The notes under the pieces: model-generated
Seen by the model: the letters and a program-made list of their open reading frames with translations, nothing else
The model's database searches: none
What the model was told of the DNA's origin: nothing
Shown: piece by piece, positions 17,799-27,130 of the stretch
Numbering within the stretch: position 1 is the first letter of the stretch
Layout: the number at the start of each line of letters is the position of its first letter
Position numbers and translations under genes: made by a program
Assembly: GCA_944351375.1 (NCBI GenBank)
Contig: CALVPN010000002.1
Coordinates: 1 to 38,983, forward strand
Direction: 5' to 3'
Length of the DNA: 38,983 nucleotides
Source of the DNA: an uncultured Bacilli bacterium
GTDB taxonomy: Bacteria; Bacillota_I; Bacilli_A; RF39; UBA660

Positions 17799-18521
17799 TT
17801 AGTCTTCCTTCATATTATGATGAACGTCCCCTACATCATCTATATCTTCTAAAGCCTCTATTAGATTATATACCTTTTCTTTTGTTTCATCATCAAGTTC
17901 TACTTCATTATTTGGGACAAATGTAACTTCACTAGTTAAGAATTCTGCTACACCAATACTAGCAAGTGCATCTTTTACAGCAATAAATTTATCACTAGGT
18001 GTTGTAATTAAATATGTATCCCCTGTTTTTTCAATATCTAATGCTCCTGCATCTAAGGCAGTTAACATTATTTCATCTTCATCATAATCACTTGGAATAA
18101 CAATAATACCTTTACGTTCAAAAATATAACTAACAGAGCCATCAGTACCCAAATTACCTCCACGTTTAGAAAAAGTACTACGTACCATTGATGCAGTTCT
18201 ATTACGATTATCAGTAAGACAATCTACCATGATTGCAACTCCTGCTGGTCCATAACCTTCATAACGAATGCTTTCATAATTTTCTCCATTACCGGCTCCT
18301 TTAGCCTTATCAATAGCTTTCTGGATATTATCTTTAGGCATATTAGCAGCTTTAGCTTTCTCAACAACCAATCTTAAAGATGCATTACTATCTGGATCTG
18401 GCGCTCCACTTTTAGCAGCAACATATATTTCTTTAGCAAGTTTTTGAAATACTTTACCACGCGCTGCATCTATTAACCCTTTCTTTCTATGAATAGTAGC
18501 CCATTTTGAATGTCCACTCAT
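17799..18521 (-). CDS. YebC/PmpR family DNA-binding transcriptional regulator
   Basis: MSGHSKWATIHRKKG... The start is set at this Met (18521), which follows a GGGAGG SD. Confidence 0.92.
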   Translation of the reverse strand: MSGHSKWATIHRKKGLIDAARGKVFQKLAKEIYVAAKSGAPDPDSNASLRLVVEKAKAANMPKDNIQKAIDKAKGAGNGENYESIRYEGYGPAGVAIMVDCLTDNRNRTASMVRSTFSKRGGNLGTDGSVSYIFERKGIIVIPSDYDEDEIMLTALDAGALDIEKTGDTYLITTPSDKFIAVKDALASIGVAEFLTSEVTFVPNNEVELDDETKEKVYNLIEALEDIDDVGDVHHNMKED

Positions 18522-18621
18522 GTTATTACCTCCCTTTCTTTCTTCATTATAATAACACAAATATATCATTTATTCTAGATTTAACTTAAAAATAATGTTA
18601 TATTACTAACAGGTGAGTCAC

Positions 18622-18963
18622 ATGGAAAAATATATTAAAAACGGTAATAAAAAAATCAAGTTTAAAACAGTTACTAAATTTAAAGACAGGATAAAAGGCT
18701 TTAGATTTTATCTTTATCCAATTAAAGAAGGGTTATGTTATCCAAAAAAGAAAATGATTAATACTTATTTTGTATGTCAAAAACTAGATATAGTTGTTAC
18801 TGATAAAGAGAATAATATTCTAGCTATATATCCTAGTATTAAAACAGAAAACTTTATAAGACCGAGATTAAAAGCATATTACATATATCTACTTCCTGAA
18901 GGTAGTTCTAAAGGCCTTGAAAATTATGATAAATTAATAATAATGACAAAAGACAATAAATGA
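18622..18963 (+). CDS. small protein, possibly DUF192 family
   Basis: Plus-strand ORF. ATG at 18622 follows an AGGTGAG SD. The pattern GFRF...GLCYP...MINTYF...LDIVV...YYIYLLPEG loosely matches the DUF192 layout. Confidence 0.5.
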   Translation: MEKYIKNGNKKIKFKTVTKFKDRIKGFRFYLYPIKEGLCYPKKKMINTYFVCQKLDIVVTDKENNILAIYPSIKTENFIRPRLKAYYIYLLPEGSSKGLENYDKLIIMTKDNK

Positions 18964-19073
18964 TTATACTTATTGTTATAATCGTGCTTGAATTAAAGAA
19001 ATATTAAAAGGACTATCTCCTATAAATTACAGGCTATAATCCTCTATTAATACTAATAATAAACTACCAATTT

Positions 19074-19919
19074 TTAAATTAACTTTTGTAATTCCTCTAT
19101 ACTAAGCCCTGTATTTTTAGACACAGATTCTATAGGCATACCATCTTTAAGAAGGTTCTTAGCAATAGAAATTTTTTCTTCCTTTTTACCTTCTTCAAGT
19201 CCTTCAGCTTTTCCATCATCGTAACCCCAATTACGAGCAGTATTAATCATTCTTTTCTGCATCTCTTCATTATCATAAATTACCCCAAACTTGTCATCAA
19301 TTCCTAGTTTCTCTAACTCATCCACGATTTTTAAAGCCTCCTTATCGTCTCCTGCTATTTCTCTTAACTCTTCGTAAGATGTTGCAGTAAATAAAGATAA
19401 ATACATTTCTTCTTTATTGTCTCCATTATATCTTATTCCCTTGTAATTTTCAAGATACACTTCATGTATCTTGAAATCTTTTATTTCTTTATGTGTATCT
19501 AAATCCATAACAGAATAAGATGCTTTACTAACATAAGGATGCTTCTCTTTATTAAAGTTTATTTGAATAATATATTTTTTCTTTACATCTTCTCCACTAT
19601 TTAAACTTTTAGCAAGTAAGGTATACACATATAATCTATTCTTAAACTTTGTAACCTCACTAGGAAACTGATTCATCTCTATCGAGATAATTATATCAAT
19701 ATCACTATTTACAAGTAATAAATCTAAACGATAATCACGTTTTTCATTACCACTATTAAGTTCGGCATCATATAATTCAAAATTACTAATATCCATATCT
19801 ATAATAGATTTAACAATAACATTAAAGAACTCTTTATACTCCTCTTTTTTAAACAAGTGTTTAAATGTAGTATCACTTAACAAGCTTATAAACCTTTTTT
19901 CTTTCTTTTTATCTTTCAT
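19074..19919 (-). CDS. Rpn-family recombination-promoting nuclease / PD-(D/E)XK putative transposase, copy 1
   Basis: LLSDTTFKHLF...YRLDLLL...IISIEMNQ matches the layout of PDDEXK_2/YhgA-like proteins. A paralog lies at 31489..32352. Confidence 0.75.
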   Translation of the reverse strand: MKDKKKEKRFISLLSDTTFKHLFKKEEYKEFFNVIVKSIIDMDISNFELYDAELNSGNEKRDYRLDLLLVNSDIDIIISIEMNQFPSEVTKFKNRLYVYTLLAKSLNSGEDVKKKYIIQINFNKEKHPYVSKASYSVMDLDTHKEIKDFKIHEVYLENYKGIRYNGDNKEEMYLSLFTATSYEELREIAGDDKEALKIVDELEKLGIDDKFGVIYDNEEMQKRMINTARNWGYDDGKAEGLEEGKKEEKISIAKNLLKDGMPIESVSKNTGLSIEELQKLI

Positions 19920-20063
19920 AAAGTTTCACCCCCAAAATTTAAATACTTTCTAGAAAGTGATTTAACTCTAACACGGAAGATAGATTAATGCAAAAAGGTA
20001 ATATTAATAATTCGTTACAAAAAACAAAGATCAATTTAATAAATTCACTAGGAAAAATAAAAA

Positions 20064-20086
20064 TTGACTCTAAAAATTAAAGTCAA
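20064..20086 (-). terminator. rho-independent terminator of dnaI
   Basis: Minus strand TTGACT (11-nt loop) AGTCAA followed by TTTTTATTTTT. Confidence 0.6.
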
Positions 20087-20106
20087 CTACTAAATTCTAA
20101 ACTTTT

Positions 20107-21012
20107 TTAATTTCTTCTATTTTTACTAATTAATTCCAAAGGAACTGTCAACTGTTTAATTCTTTCTATTATTCTTTTAGCCTTTACTTTTTCAGTACCA
20201 CTATTAGTAATACTTAAAGAAGCTTCTAGCTCACTTAAAGTTAAATTAGATGTAAAGAATGTAGGTAACTCCTCTTCCATGCGATATTGTAGTATTGGTC
20301 CTAATACTTCATCTCTACTCCATGATGTAGTATTCTCTGCTCCTATATCATCTAATAATAAAAGTGGGACTGTCTTAATAAAGTCAAACTTCTCTTCATA
20401 GTCACTACCAAAAGATGACTTTAAACTTCTTAGGAGTTCTGGATAATATACTAAAGCTGAAGATATGTTTTTCTTAGCAAGTTCATTAAAAAGTGCTGCT
20501 ACTAAGTAGGTTTTTCCACTTCCAAAAGAACCACTTAAATATAGGCCCTTACCTTTTTTATCTTTTAAATAACTATCCATAAACTCTTTAAAATATTTAA
20601 AGATAGGTAAACGTTTATTATCATCTCTATAAGCTTTAGAAAAAGAAGCTTCACTTATTTCTTTAGGCAAATCAAAACAAGTAATATTTTTCTTATAAGC
20701 ATATGTATTTTCTTCTTTTATTAACATTGGACAAGGTATATAACTAAAATTTAAATTATTACCATCTTTTAAAGCTGTAAACCTATGTCCTTTTAAGGTA
20801 TTAGGACAATTCTTTAAACCAGGACAAGACTTACAATTATTATTTTCCTTAACTGCATCTTCTATACTAGATGTATATTTAATTAATATATCATCACTTA
20901 CATCAAGATTATCTACATACGCTTTAAAATCAATATTTCCTAAAGCTTCGCCATAATAACTTTTTAATTTAGTAATATCACTTTTCTTTACTAATGTATT
21001 TACTTTTTTCAT
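20107..21012 (-). CDS. dnaI: primosomal helicase-loader DnaI (IstB-like AAA+ ATPase)
   Basis: N-terminal Cys cluster CKSCPGLKNCPN...CP, Walker A GSFGSGKTYL, and LLLLDDIGAE. The start is uncertain (21012 or 21027). Confidence 0.85.
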   Translation of the reverse strand: MKKVNTLVKKSDITKLKSYYGEALGNIDFKAYVDNLDVSDDILIKYTSSIEDAVKENNNCKSCPGLKNCPNTLKGHRFTALKDGNNLNFSYIPCPMLIKEENTYAYKKNITCFDLPKEISEASFSKAYRDDNKRLPIFKYFKEFMDSYLKDKKGKGLYLSGSFGSGKTYLVAALFNELAKKNISSALVYYPELLRSLKSSFGSDYEEKFDFIKTVPLLLLDDIGAENTTSWSRDEVLGPILQYRMEEELPTFFTSNLTLSELEASLSITNSGTEKVKAKRIIERIKQLTVPLELISKNRRN

Positions 21013-21206
21013 AACTTCACATCCCAACTAAAAGTTTTTGCATCTATATCATCTAATGACTTCTCAAAATCATATATTGCAGTAGCGACAACATAAAGTG
21101 TCGCACCTTCTTTATTCGCTTCATCTGCCTTTCCATTTTGAATAAAACGTTCCATTACTAGATTTGCAGTTTTTACCAATAAATCATAGCGTTCATTTTC
21201 TTCCAT
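21009..21206 (-). CDS. small hypothetical protein
   Basis: 65-aa ORF that overlaps the dnaI start. No motif. Could be a remnant of a larger gene. Confidence 0.35.
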   Translation of the reverse strand: MEENERYDLLVKTANLVMERFIQNGKADEANKEGATLYVVATAIYDFEKSLDDIDAKTFSWDVKL

Positions 21207-21286
21207 TCTTTTTGATACTTCTTCATTTGCTAAAAAATAATATTTATTACTAAGAATCCAACCTGTTAAGTGATATAAACTATAAT

Positions 21287-21484
21287 TTAAATTATGAAAT
21301 ATTCCTGGTGTAAAGAAATTTCATCATCTAAATTAATAACATAATTAGCAAGGGTTAAAAGATATCTATCAACTACCTCATCATACTCTAACTCTTCCTC
21401 TTTATCAAAACCTAATATTTTTCTTGCTCTCTCATCAATATTATTCATACTGTATTTCATAAGTCCCACTTCCCCTACTTCCAT
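21287..21484 (-). CDS. small hypothetical protein
   Basis: 65-aa ORF in a different frame from 21009..21206. No motif. Confidence 0.3.
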   Translation of the reverse strand: MEVGEVGLMKYSMNNIDERARKILGFDKEEELEYDEVVDRYLLTLANYVINLDDEISLHQEYFII

Positions 21485-21550
21485 TCTATCATTATTTTTA
21501 GAATTTTAACAACTTTTTTAATCTTTCATAAACTATTATAGGTGATGCCT

Positions 21551-21772
21551 ATGAAATTTAAAAGAAACAAACATAGTCCTTTCTGTAGATGTTATTTTTG
21601 CAAACAAAAAAGAAGAAACAGTATCTTTTATTTAGGGACTTTACTTGCACTTCTAGTAATTATCCTTTATCAGGCTCTTCTTCTTTTATTTTTAGTAACC
21701 AGAATCCATGCTTTATTATTATTAATTGAGTTAGTGCTTTTCATAGTGCTTCTTATCTTTCTCATTCTTTAA
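21551..21772 (+). CDS. possible small membrane protein
   Basis: AGGTGA SD 6 nt before the ATG at 21551. Basic, Cys-containing N-terminus (FCRCYFCKQKRR), then a long hydrophobic tail. Overlaps the 3' end of the convergent gene. Confidence 0.3.
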   Translation: MKFKRNKHSPFCRCYFCKQKRRNSIFYLGTLLALLVIILYQALLLLFLVTRIHALLLLIELVLFIVLLIFLIL

Positions 21773-22597
21773 TATAAACTCACTAGTTAATTTTAATCTA
21801 TCAAAAAAGTTAGTTAATTCTAAACATTTATTTAAGCTAGAGGGATAAATATCTATTTTTTCTGGTATTGTTATATTTATAAGAAAATAAAGATATTCTT
21901 CTTCTTTATAATGATATCTATGCTGATATAGTCTAAAATTACTTATCATATCCGTATCATTATAATTTTTTTTAAAGAAATTAATGAAATCAAACGGTGG
22001 TCTTTCCAAATGAGCTTTTTCTAAACTTATAAAATAATCATTATCTGCTGTAATAAAATGACTTAACTCACATTTGCCATGAGCATAAACATATCTTTCG
22101 CGTTTTTTGTCTTTCATGATTTTATACCAATTATGAACTAGATTTCTAGAATAATTTAAAGCACTATAAATAATAGAGACATTTCTTATAAATAAATATT
22201 CTGATGGAGATGGATAGACTTTATTTTCAATTAATTCTTGCATTGTAAAATAATATTCTTCTAAATAACTAATTCTGTTATTGAAGTTATCATATTCTTC
22301 TTTTAATTTATCTTTATCTATCTCTTTATAAATAGTAGTTTTATTCTGTAAATCAGATAAAGCGTATACTAAATGTTTTGCAACTTCATCATTATCTAAC
22401 TCTTTCTTGTTTAAATAATTAAAATATAAATCTTTATCAGTTATTTTAAATGGTTTTAGATAATTACTAATATTATGATCATCTAGATATTTATAGATTT
22501 TATCTATATCATATCTTTTTTTCTTTTTTATTAAGATTTTTTCATCACTAGTATCTATAACTTTAATATCTTTCAAATAAGTATATTTATTAATCAT
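21731..22597 (-). CDS. CotS/YsxE-like spore coat protein (kinase-like fold)
   Basis: The HGKCELSHFI...FISLEKAHLERPPFDFINFF pattern resembles the CotS-family catalytic region. It sits immediately downstream of a SpoVID-like gene, as ysxE does in Bacillus. Confidence 0.5.
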   Translation of the reverse strand: MINKYTYLKDIKVIDTSDEKILIKKKKRYDIDKIYKYLDDHNISNYLKPFKITDKDLYFNYLNKKELDNDEVAKHLVYALSDLQNKTTIYKEIDKDKLKEEYDNFNNRISYLEEYYFTMQELIENKVYPSPSEYLFIRNVSIIYSALNYSRNLVHNWYKIMKDKKRERYVYAHGKCELSHFITADNDYFISLEKAHLERPPFDFINFFKKNYNDTDMISNFRLYQHRYHYKEEEYLYFLINITIPEKIDIYPSSLNKCLELTNFFDRLKLTSEFILKNEKDKKHYEKH

Positions 22598-23390
22598 TAA
22601 CTTCTAATGCCATAGGAATAATTAGTTTAGAACCTACTTTTAAATTATCTAAATCATTATATTCTGCAAGTATTTCTCTATTAGTTTTATATTTAGCGAT
22701 TACTTCTTCTAAATTATCATCTTCTCTTAATATATAAACTGAATAGGTAGCATATGTCTCATCAGTATTAGCGAAACTTTCAAAGATTGAATTCATTACT
22801 TGATTACTATCAGTAGTATCTTCTTGTGAGACTGTAACATCATCTTCTGCCATAACAGGTATTTCTTCTTTAACTGTTACATCATTTAAACTTGGTAAAG
22901 CATCATTATCTTCAAAACTAGTTAAATCTTCTAAAGTTTCTTCTTCTGTTGTTAAGACCTCTATTTCTTCTTTACTGTTACTTTCTCTCACTTCAATAGG
23001 TTCCTCTTCTTTAGTATTTACTTCTTCTATCGTTTCACTTTCTTCTTCGTCTTCCTCTATATCTATTTTTTCTAATCCTTCTATTAGAATTTCTACCTTG
23101 ATTTCTAAGGCTTCTTCATTAACTATTCCGTAAGTAAAATTATTAATATCTACTTTTCTTTTATCCTCTAATAGTGAAGTTGTAAGCATAATTTCAACGG
23201 GCACTTTATAATTAAATTCTTCTTCTAATGTACTAGCTTCTGTCATTTTATAAGTACCAGATATTATCAAGTTACCTTCTATTTCACTATCATTAATAAA
23301 GGCTAAATCAGGTTCTAATGAAATACTACTGATTTCTCCTACCATAGTTTTAAAAGCTATTTCTTTTTCTAAAGTTATTATTTGTTTCAT
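22590..23390 (-). CDS. SpoVID-like protein (N-terminal SPOCS-like region, acidic linker, C-terminal LysM)
   Basis: C-terminal LysM domain YSVYILREDDNLEEVIAKYKTNREILAEYNDLDNLKVGSKLIIP. Highly acidic middle region. Confidence 0.6.
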   Translation of the reverse strand: MKQIITLEKEIAFKTMVGEISSISLEPDLAFINDSEIEGNLIISGTYKMTEASTLEEEFNYKVPVEIMLTTSLLEDKRKVDINNFTYGIVNEEALEIKVEILIEGLEKIDIEEDEEESETIEEVNTKEEEPIEVRESNSKEEIEVLTTEEETLEDLTSFEDNDALPSLNDVTVKEEIPVMAEDDVTVSQEDTTDSNQVMNSIFESFANTDETYATYSVYILREDDNLEEVIAKYKTNREILAEYNDLDNLKVGSKLIIPMALEVND

Positions 23391-23430
23391 ATTATCTCCT
23401 TTCCTTAGTTAAAATATATGATAATATAAA

Positions 23431-23470
23431 AAGATTATTACTGTATTTTCTCCACAAAAGCAATAATCTT
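23431..23470 (-). terminator. rho-independent terminator of lon
   Basis: Minus strand AAGATTATTGCT (16-nt loop) AGTAATAATCTT followed by TTTATATT. 12-bp stem with one G-U pair. Confidence 0.65.
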
Positions 23471-23528
23471 TTCTTCTCTATTTAAATAGTATTAAGAGCA
23501 TACCTTCTATTTTCTATAGATAAATCTT

Positions 23529-25844
23529 TTAGTTACATATTTCCTCTTTAACAAATAGTTTACTATATAACTCTTTATAATTAGATATATAAATGAACTG
23601 TAGTTTTTCTCTTATTTCTTTAGGAACATCAATAATCTCTTTTTTATTTTTTAAAGGTAAGTAAATAGTCTTCACTCCCTCACGATATGCACCTAACACT
23701 TTTTCTTTAACGCCACCTATTTCTAAAACATCTCCTTGTAATGTAATTTCTCCTGTCATAGCTACACGTGTAGATATTTTAGCATTAGTAAATGCACTAA
23801 TTAAAGCGGTAGTAAGAGCGATACCTGCACTTGGTCCTTCTTTAGGAATCGCACCCTCAGGTACATGAATATGGATATCATCTTCAAAAATATCTTTAGA
23901 TAAACCAAACTTTTTAGCATTCGCTTTTATATAACTTAAGGCAATCTTAGCAGATTCTTGCATAACATCCCCTAGTGAACCTGTTAAAACTAAATTAGAA
24001 TTTCCTTTATAATGATTTACTTCTATAGGTAATATATCTCCACCATACTCTGTATAAGCAAGTCCATTTACAACACCTTTTAATTTAGTCTCTTTATTTT
24101 CTTTATTAGTATATATTTTTCTATCTAAATACTCTTCTAAATCTTTACTATCAATAGAGTAAAAGACAGGTTCATTTTCTGTTAAGACTTTTTTAACTAT
24201 TTTCCTTAATATTTTAGATATTAATCTCTCTAAATTTCTAACCCCAGCTTCTTTGGTATAGTAATTAATAATATCAAGTATCGCTTGATCACTAAAATTA
24301 ACTTGTAAAGAAGTTAATCCATGTTCTTCTAATGCTTTAGGTATTAAATAGTTTTTAGAAATAGATAATTTCTCATACTCTGTGTATGAATCTAAATATA
24401 TTATTTCAAGCCTATCTTTAAGTTCAGGGGGTATCCTATCTTCATAGTTAGCAGTAGCAATAAACAAAACATTTGATAAGTCATACTCTTCTTCTAAGTA
24501 ATGATCATAAAAAGCATAATTTTGTTCTTTATCTAAAACTTCTAATAGGCTACTAGCAGGATCTCCTCTAAAGTTTTTAGTCATCTTATCTATTTCATCT
24601 ATAATGAAAACAGGATTTGAACTACCACACTTTCTGATACCACTAATTATTCTACCAGGTAAAGCACCTACATAAGTTCTTCTATGTCCAACAATCTCTG
24701 CTTCATCATTAACACCACCAACTGATACACTTACAAGACGTCTATTAAGAGCTTTAGCAATTACTTTAGCAAGTGATGTCTTACCAACTCCAGGTGGTCC
24801 TATTAGACATAAAATAGGACTTTTTTCTTTAGGAGAATTTTGTTTAACAGCAATATACTCTACAATTCGCATCTTTACTTTAGAAAGACCATAATGACTA
24901 TTATTTAAAGTATTTTCTATTTCTTTAATATCTGTAACATCACGTGTTTTATAATCCCAAGGCAAACTTAACATTAAATCAAGATAGTCTCTTAATATAG
25001 AAGCTTCTGGTACATTTTCATTTATAGATTTATAATGTTCTATTTCTTCTTTTATTTTATTTCTTACTTTATTAGAACATTTTAACTTTTTTAATTTTTT
25101 ATTAAAATTATCTATAGTTAAATTTTTACTACTAACAGTACCAAGTTCATTAGATATTATTTTTAACTTCTCAGATAAATAATATTTTCTTTGATCATCA
25201 TCTATTTTTTTATGAACTTTTACTTCTATTTCTTTCTCTAATTTAGCAAGTCTTATCTCTTCTTTTAATTGACTAACAAGACTCATCGCTCTTTTAATAG
25301 GATCTAACTCATACAAATAACTTTTTTTAATATCAGGAGATAAATTAAGAAAAGAAACAATAAAATCAGTTAATTTATCTAAGTTTTTAATAGAAGATAT
25401 CTCACCTAACATAGCATTACTAACAGAGGATATCTCTCTTACATACTTCTCATAATTACGATATAACATATTTAAGTATTTATCTTCTTCTATAGAATTA
25501 TCTTTATTATTATTTATTTCTTTATAATTAGCATAATATATGCCATTTTCTTCTTCATAAGAAGTTATCTCTATTCTTTTTAAGCCTATAAAGATATAAC
25601 GCATTTTAGAGTTTGGAATATTTAGTTTTAAAGTTAGCGTTGCTAAAAGACCTATTTTAGGAAATTCTGTTACATCGTCAGTACTGATATTATCAATAGA
25701 GTGAATTATAACTAACTCTTTACTTTCACTCTTATCTGTTGCATCAATTATTCCTTGTTCATAATAATCTATCGTCTCTCCACGGTACTCCATCCCTGGA
25801 AAAATTATTGCATTATTAATAATTAAAATAGGTAACTTCGCCAT
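23529..25844 (-). CDS. lon: ATP-dependent Lon protease
   Basis: 771 aa. Walker A LIGPPGVGKTSLA and the catalytic serine motif PKEGPSAGIALTTAL. Confidence 0.96.
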   Translation of the reverse strand: MAKLPILIINNAIIFPGMEYRGETIDYYEQGIIDATDKSESKELVIIHSIDNISTDDVTEFPKIGLLATLTLKLNIPNSKMRYIFIGLKRIEITSYEEENGIYYANYKEINNNKDNSIEEDKYLNMLYRNYEKYVREISSVSNAMLGEISSIKNLDKLTDFIVSFLNLSPDIKKSYLYELDPIKRAMSLVSQLKEEIRLAKLEKEIEVKVHKKIDDDQRKYYLSEKLKIISNELGTVSSKNLTIDNFNKKLKKLKCSNKVRNKIKEEIEHYKSINENVPEASILRDYLDLMLSLPWDYKTRDVTDIKEIENTLNNSHYGLSKVKMRIVEYIAVKQNSPKEKSPILCLIGPPGVGKTSLAKVIAKALNRRLVSVSVGGVNDEAEIVGHRRTYVGALPGRIISGIRKCGSSNPVFIIDEIDKMTKNFRGDPASSLLEVLDKEQNYAFYDHYLEEEYDLSNVLFIATANYEDRIPPELKDRLEIIYLDSYTEYEKLSISKNYLIPKALEEHGLTSLQVNFSDQAILDIINYYTKEAGVRNLERLISKILRKIVKKVLTENEPVFYSIDSKDLEEYLDRKIYTNKENKETKLKGVVNGLAYTEYGGDILPIEVNHYKGNSNLVLTGSLGDVMQESAKIALSYIKANAKKFGLSKDIFEDDIHIHVPEGAIPKEGPSAGIALTTALISAFTNAKISTRVAMTGEITLQGDVLEIGGVKEKVLGAYREGVKTIYLPLKNKKEIIDVPKEIREKLQFIYISNYKELYSKLFVKEEICN

Positions 25845-25874
25845 TTAAATTCCTCCCTAAAAGAACTAACATTT

Positions 25875-25902
25875 ATTATAACGAAATTTTAAAATTTGAC
25901 AA
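25875..25902 (-). promoter_or_regulatory. sigma-70-like promoter of lon
   Basis: Minus strand TTGTCA, 16-nt spacer, TATAAT, upstream of a GGGAGG SD. Confidence 0.5.
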
Positions 25903-25907
25903 TAGAA

Positions 25908-25931
25908 AAGAACAAGTTTTTTCTTGTTCTT
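25908..25931 (-). terminator. rho-independent terminator after the pilin genes
   Basis: AAGAACAAG (loop of six nt) CTTGTTCTT, followed on the minus strand by TTCTATTG. Confidence 0.65.
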
Positions 25932-25949
25932 TAATTCATTATAAGAATA

Positions 25950-26534
25950 TTATCCAATAACACCAGAAATTGTACAAGAAGCAGGACTATAAGCTTCAAA
26001 TGTAGTATTACTATCAGCTTGATACAATTTTAATGTACCACCCTCACTTATAGTACTTTGAAAATTACTATTTGATGATTTTTCTGCATCTTTTTCTATA
26101 ACTAAATCTCCATCAAGAGTACTTTCTAACAATACTCCAAATCCATTACCTGCTTTATCTGTCATTTGTACAAAATATTCATATTTGTCCTGACCTGATG
26201 TTGTATTATTGAAAACAATAACATAACTATTATCAGAATAATCTTGTCCAAAAGGACTTTCATGAGAACCACTTTCTAGAGCAACAGAATTTGTAGACAC
26301 CGCTAAACATTCCCCTCTACCTGGCATCTTAGTAGCATCATACTCTCCATTTACAAAGCTAAGTCTAACAGCATGAGCATATTGTTGCGCCGTAGTAACA
26401 AAAGTATCCTTTCTTGCATCTCTAATATATCCAGACATTGCTGTAATTGCTAGTGTCATTAATATAGCTAAAATAATGATAACTGCTAATAATTCGATTA
26501 ATGTAAAACCTTTTCTGTTTAATTTTTTTATCAT
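25950..26534 (-). CDS. prepilin-type N-terminal cleavage/methylation domain protein (type IV pilin/pseudopilin)
   Basis: N-terminus KGFTLIELLAVIIILAILMTLAI. Confidence 0.85.
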   Translation of the reverse strand: MIKKLNRKGFTLIELLAVIIILAILMTLAITAMSGYIRDARKDTFVTTAQQYAHAVRLSFVNGEYDATKMPGRGECLAVSTNSVALESGSHESPFGQDYSDNSYVIVFNNTTSGQDKYEYFVQMTDKAGNGFGVLLESTLDGDLVIEKDAEKSSNSNFQSTISEGGTLKLYQADSNTTFEAYSPASCTISGVIG

Positions 26535-26579
26535 AAAATAACCTCCATATTCTTCTAATAAATCATAACAAAATTTCTA

Positions 26580-27092
26580 TTAACTGTCAATAATGTTTGT
26601 AACAGTATAACCATTTATATTAGAACCAATTGTTGGTTTTACAATGGTTAAATCATCATTACTAAATACATTTTTTCTAGCATTTTCTTTATTCAGTTCA
26701 TTCCTAGAAGTTAATGGTATTCCCCTTTTTGAATCATCATAATTTTCAACTATTGTTGCATAGTAAAGATAGGAATTACCATTTCTCGCTACTAAAACAT
26801 AAGAGTTTTCTAAATCATAACTTCCTCCTTCTGGTCCTTCATTAAAATCACTCAAATCAAGAGAATTTAAAGGAACAATAATACAATTACCAGATGTAGG
26901 AAGAGGAATACTTGTATCACTTCTAATTTTATATTCTGCTAGTGTTATCATTTTTTTAGCATCTTCAACATATGTATCCTGTTTATTTTTATCTATTGTA
27001 CTCATAACATTTGGAACTGCTATTATCATTATTAATGCTAATATTAATATAGTTGCTAATAATTCAATTAATGTAAAGCCATTCTTTTTCAT
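26580..27092 (-). CDS. prepilin-type N-terminal cleavage/methylation domain protein (type IV pilin/pseudopilin)
   Basis: N-terminus MKKNGFTLIELLATILILALIMIIAV. Confidence 0.85.
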   Translation of the reverse strand: MKKNGFTLIELLATILILALIMIIAVPNVMSTIDKNKQDTYVEDAKKMITLAEYKIRSDTSIPLPTSGNCIIVPLNSLDLSDFNEGPEGGSYDLENSYVLVARNGNSYLYYATIVENYDDSKRGIPLTSRNELNKENARKNVFSNDDLTIVKPTIGSNINGYTVTNIIDS

Positions 27093-27130
27093 CTATCATC
27101 ACCTATCTTAATATCATTATAGCACTGTTT

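Noticed and set aside
19945-19960. 12-bp perfect palindrome CTTTCTAGAAAG upstream of Rpn copy 1 as an operator
   Set aside because: It is a single short AT-rich palindrome with no second copy at the paralogous locus. The support is insufficient.
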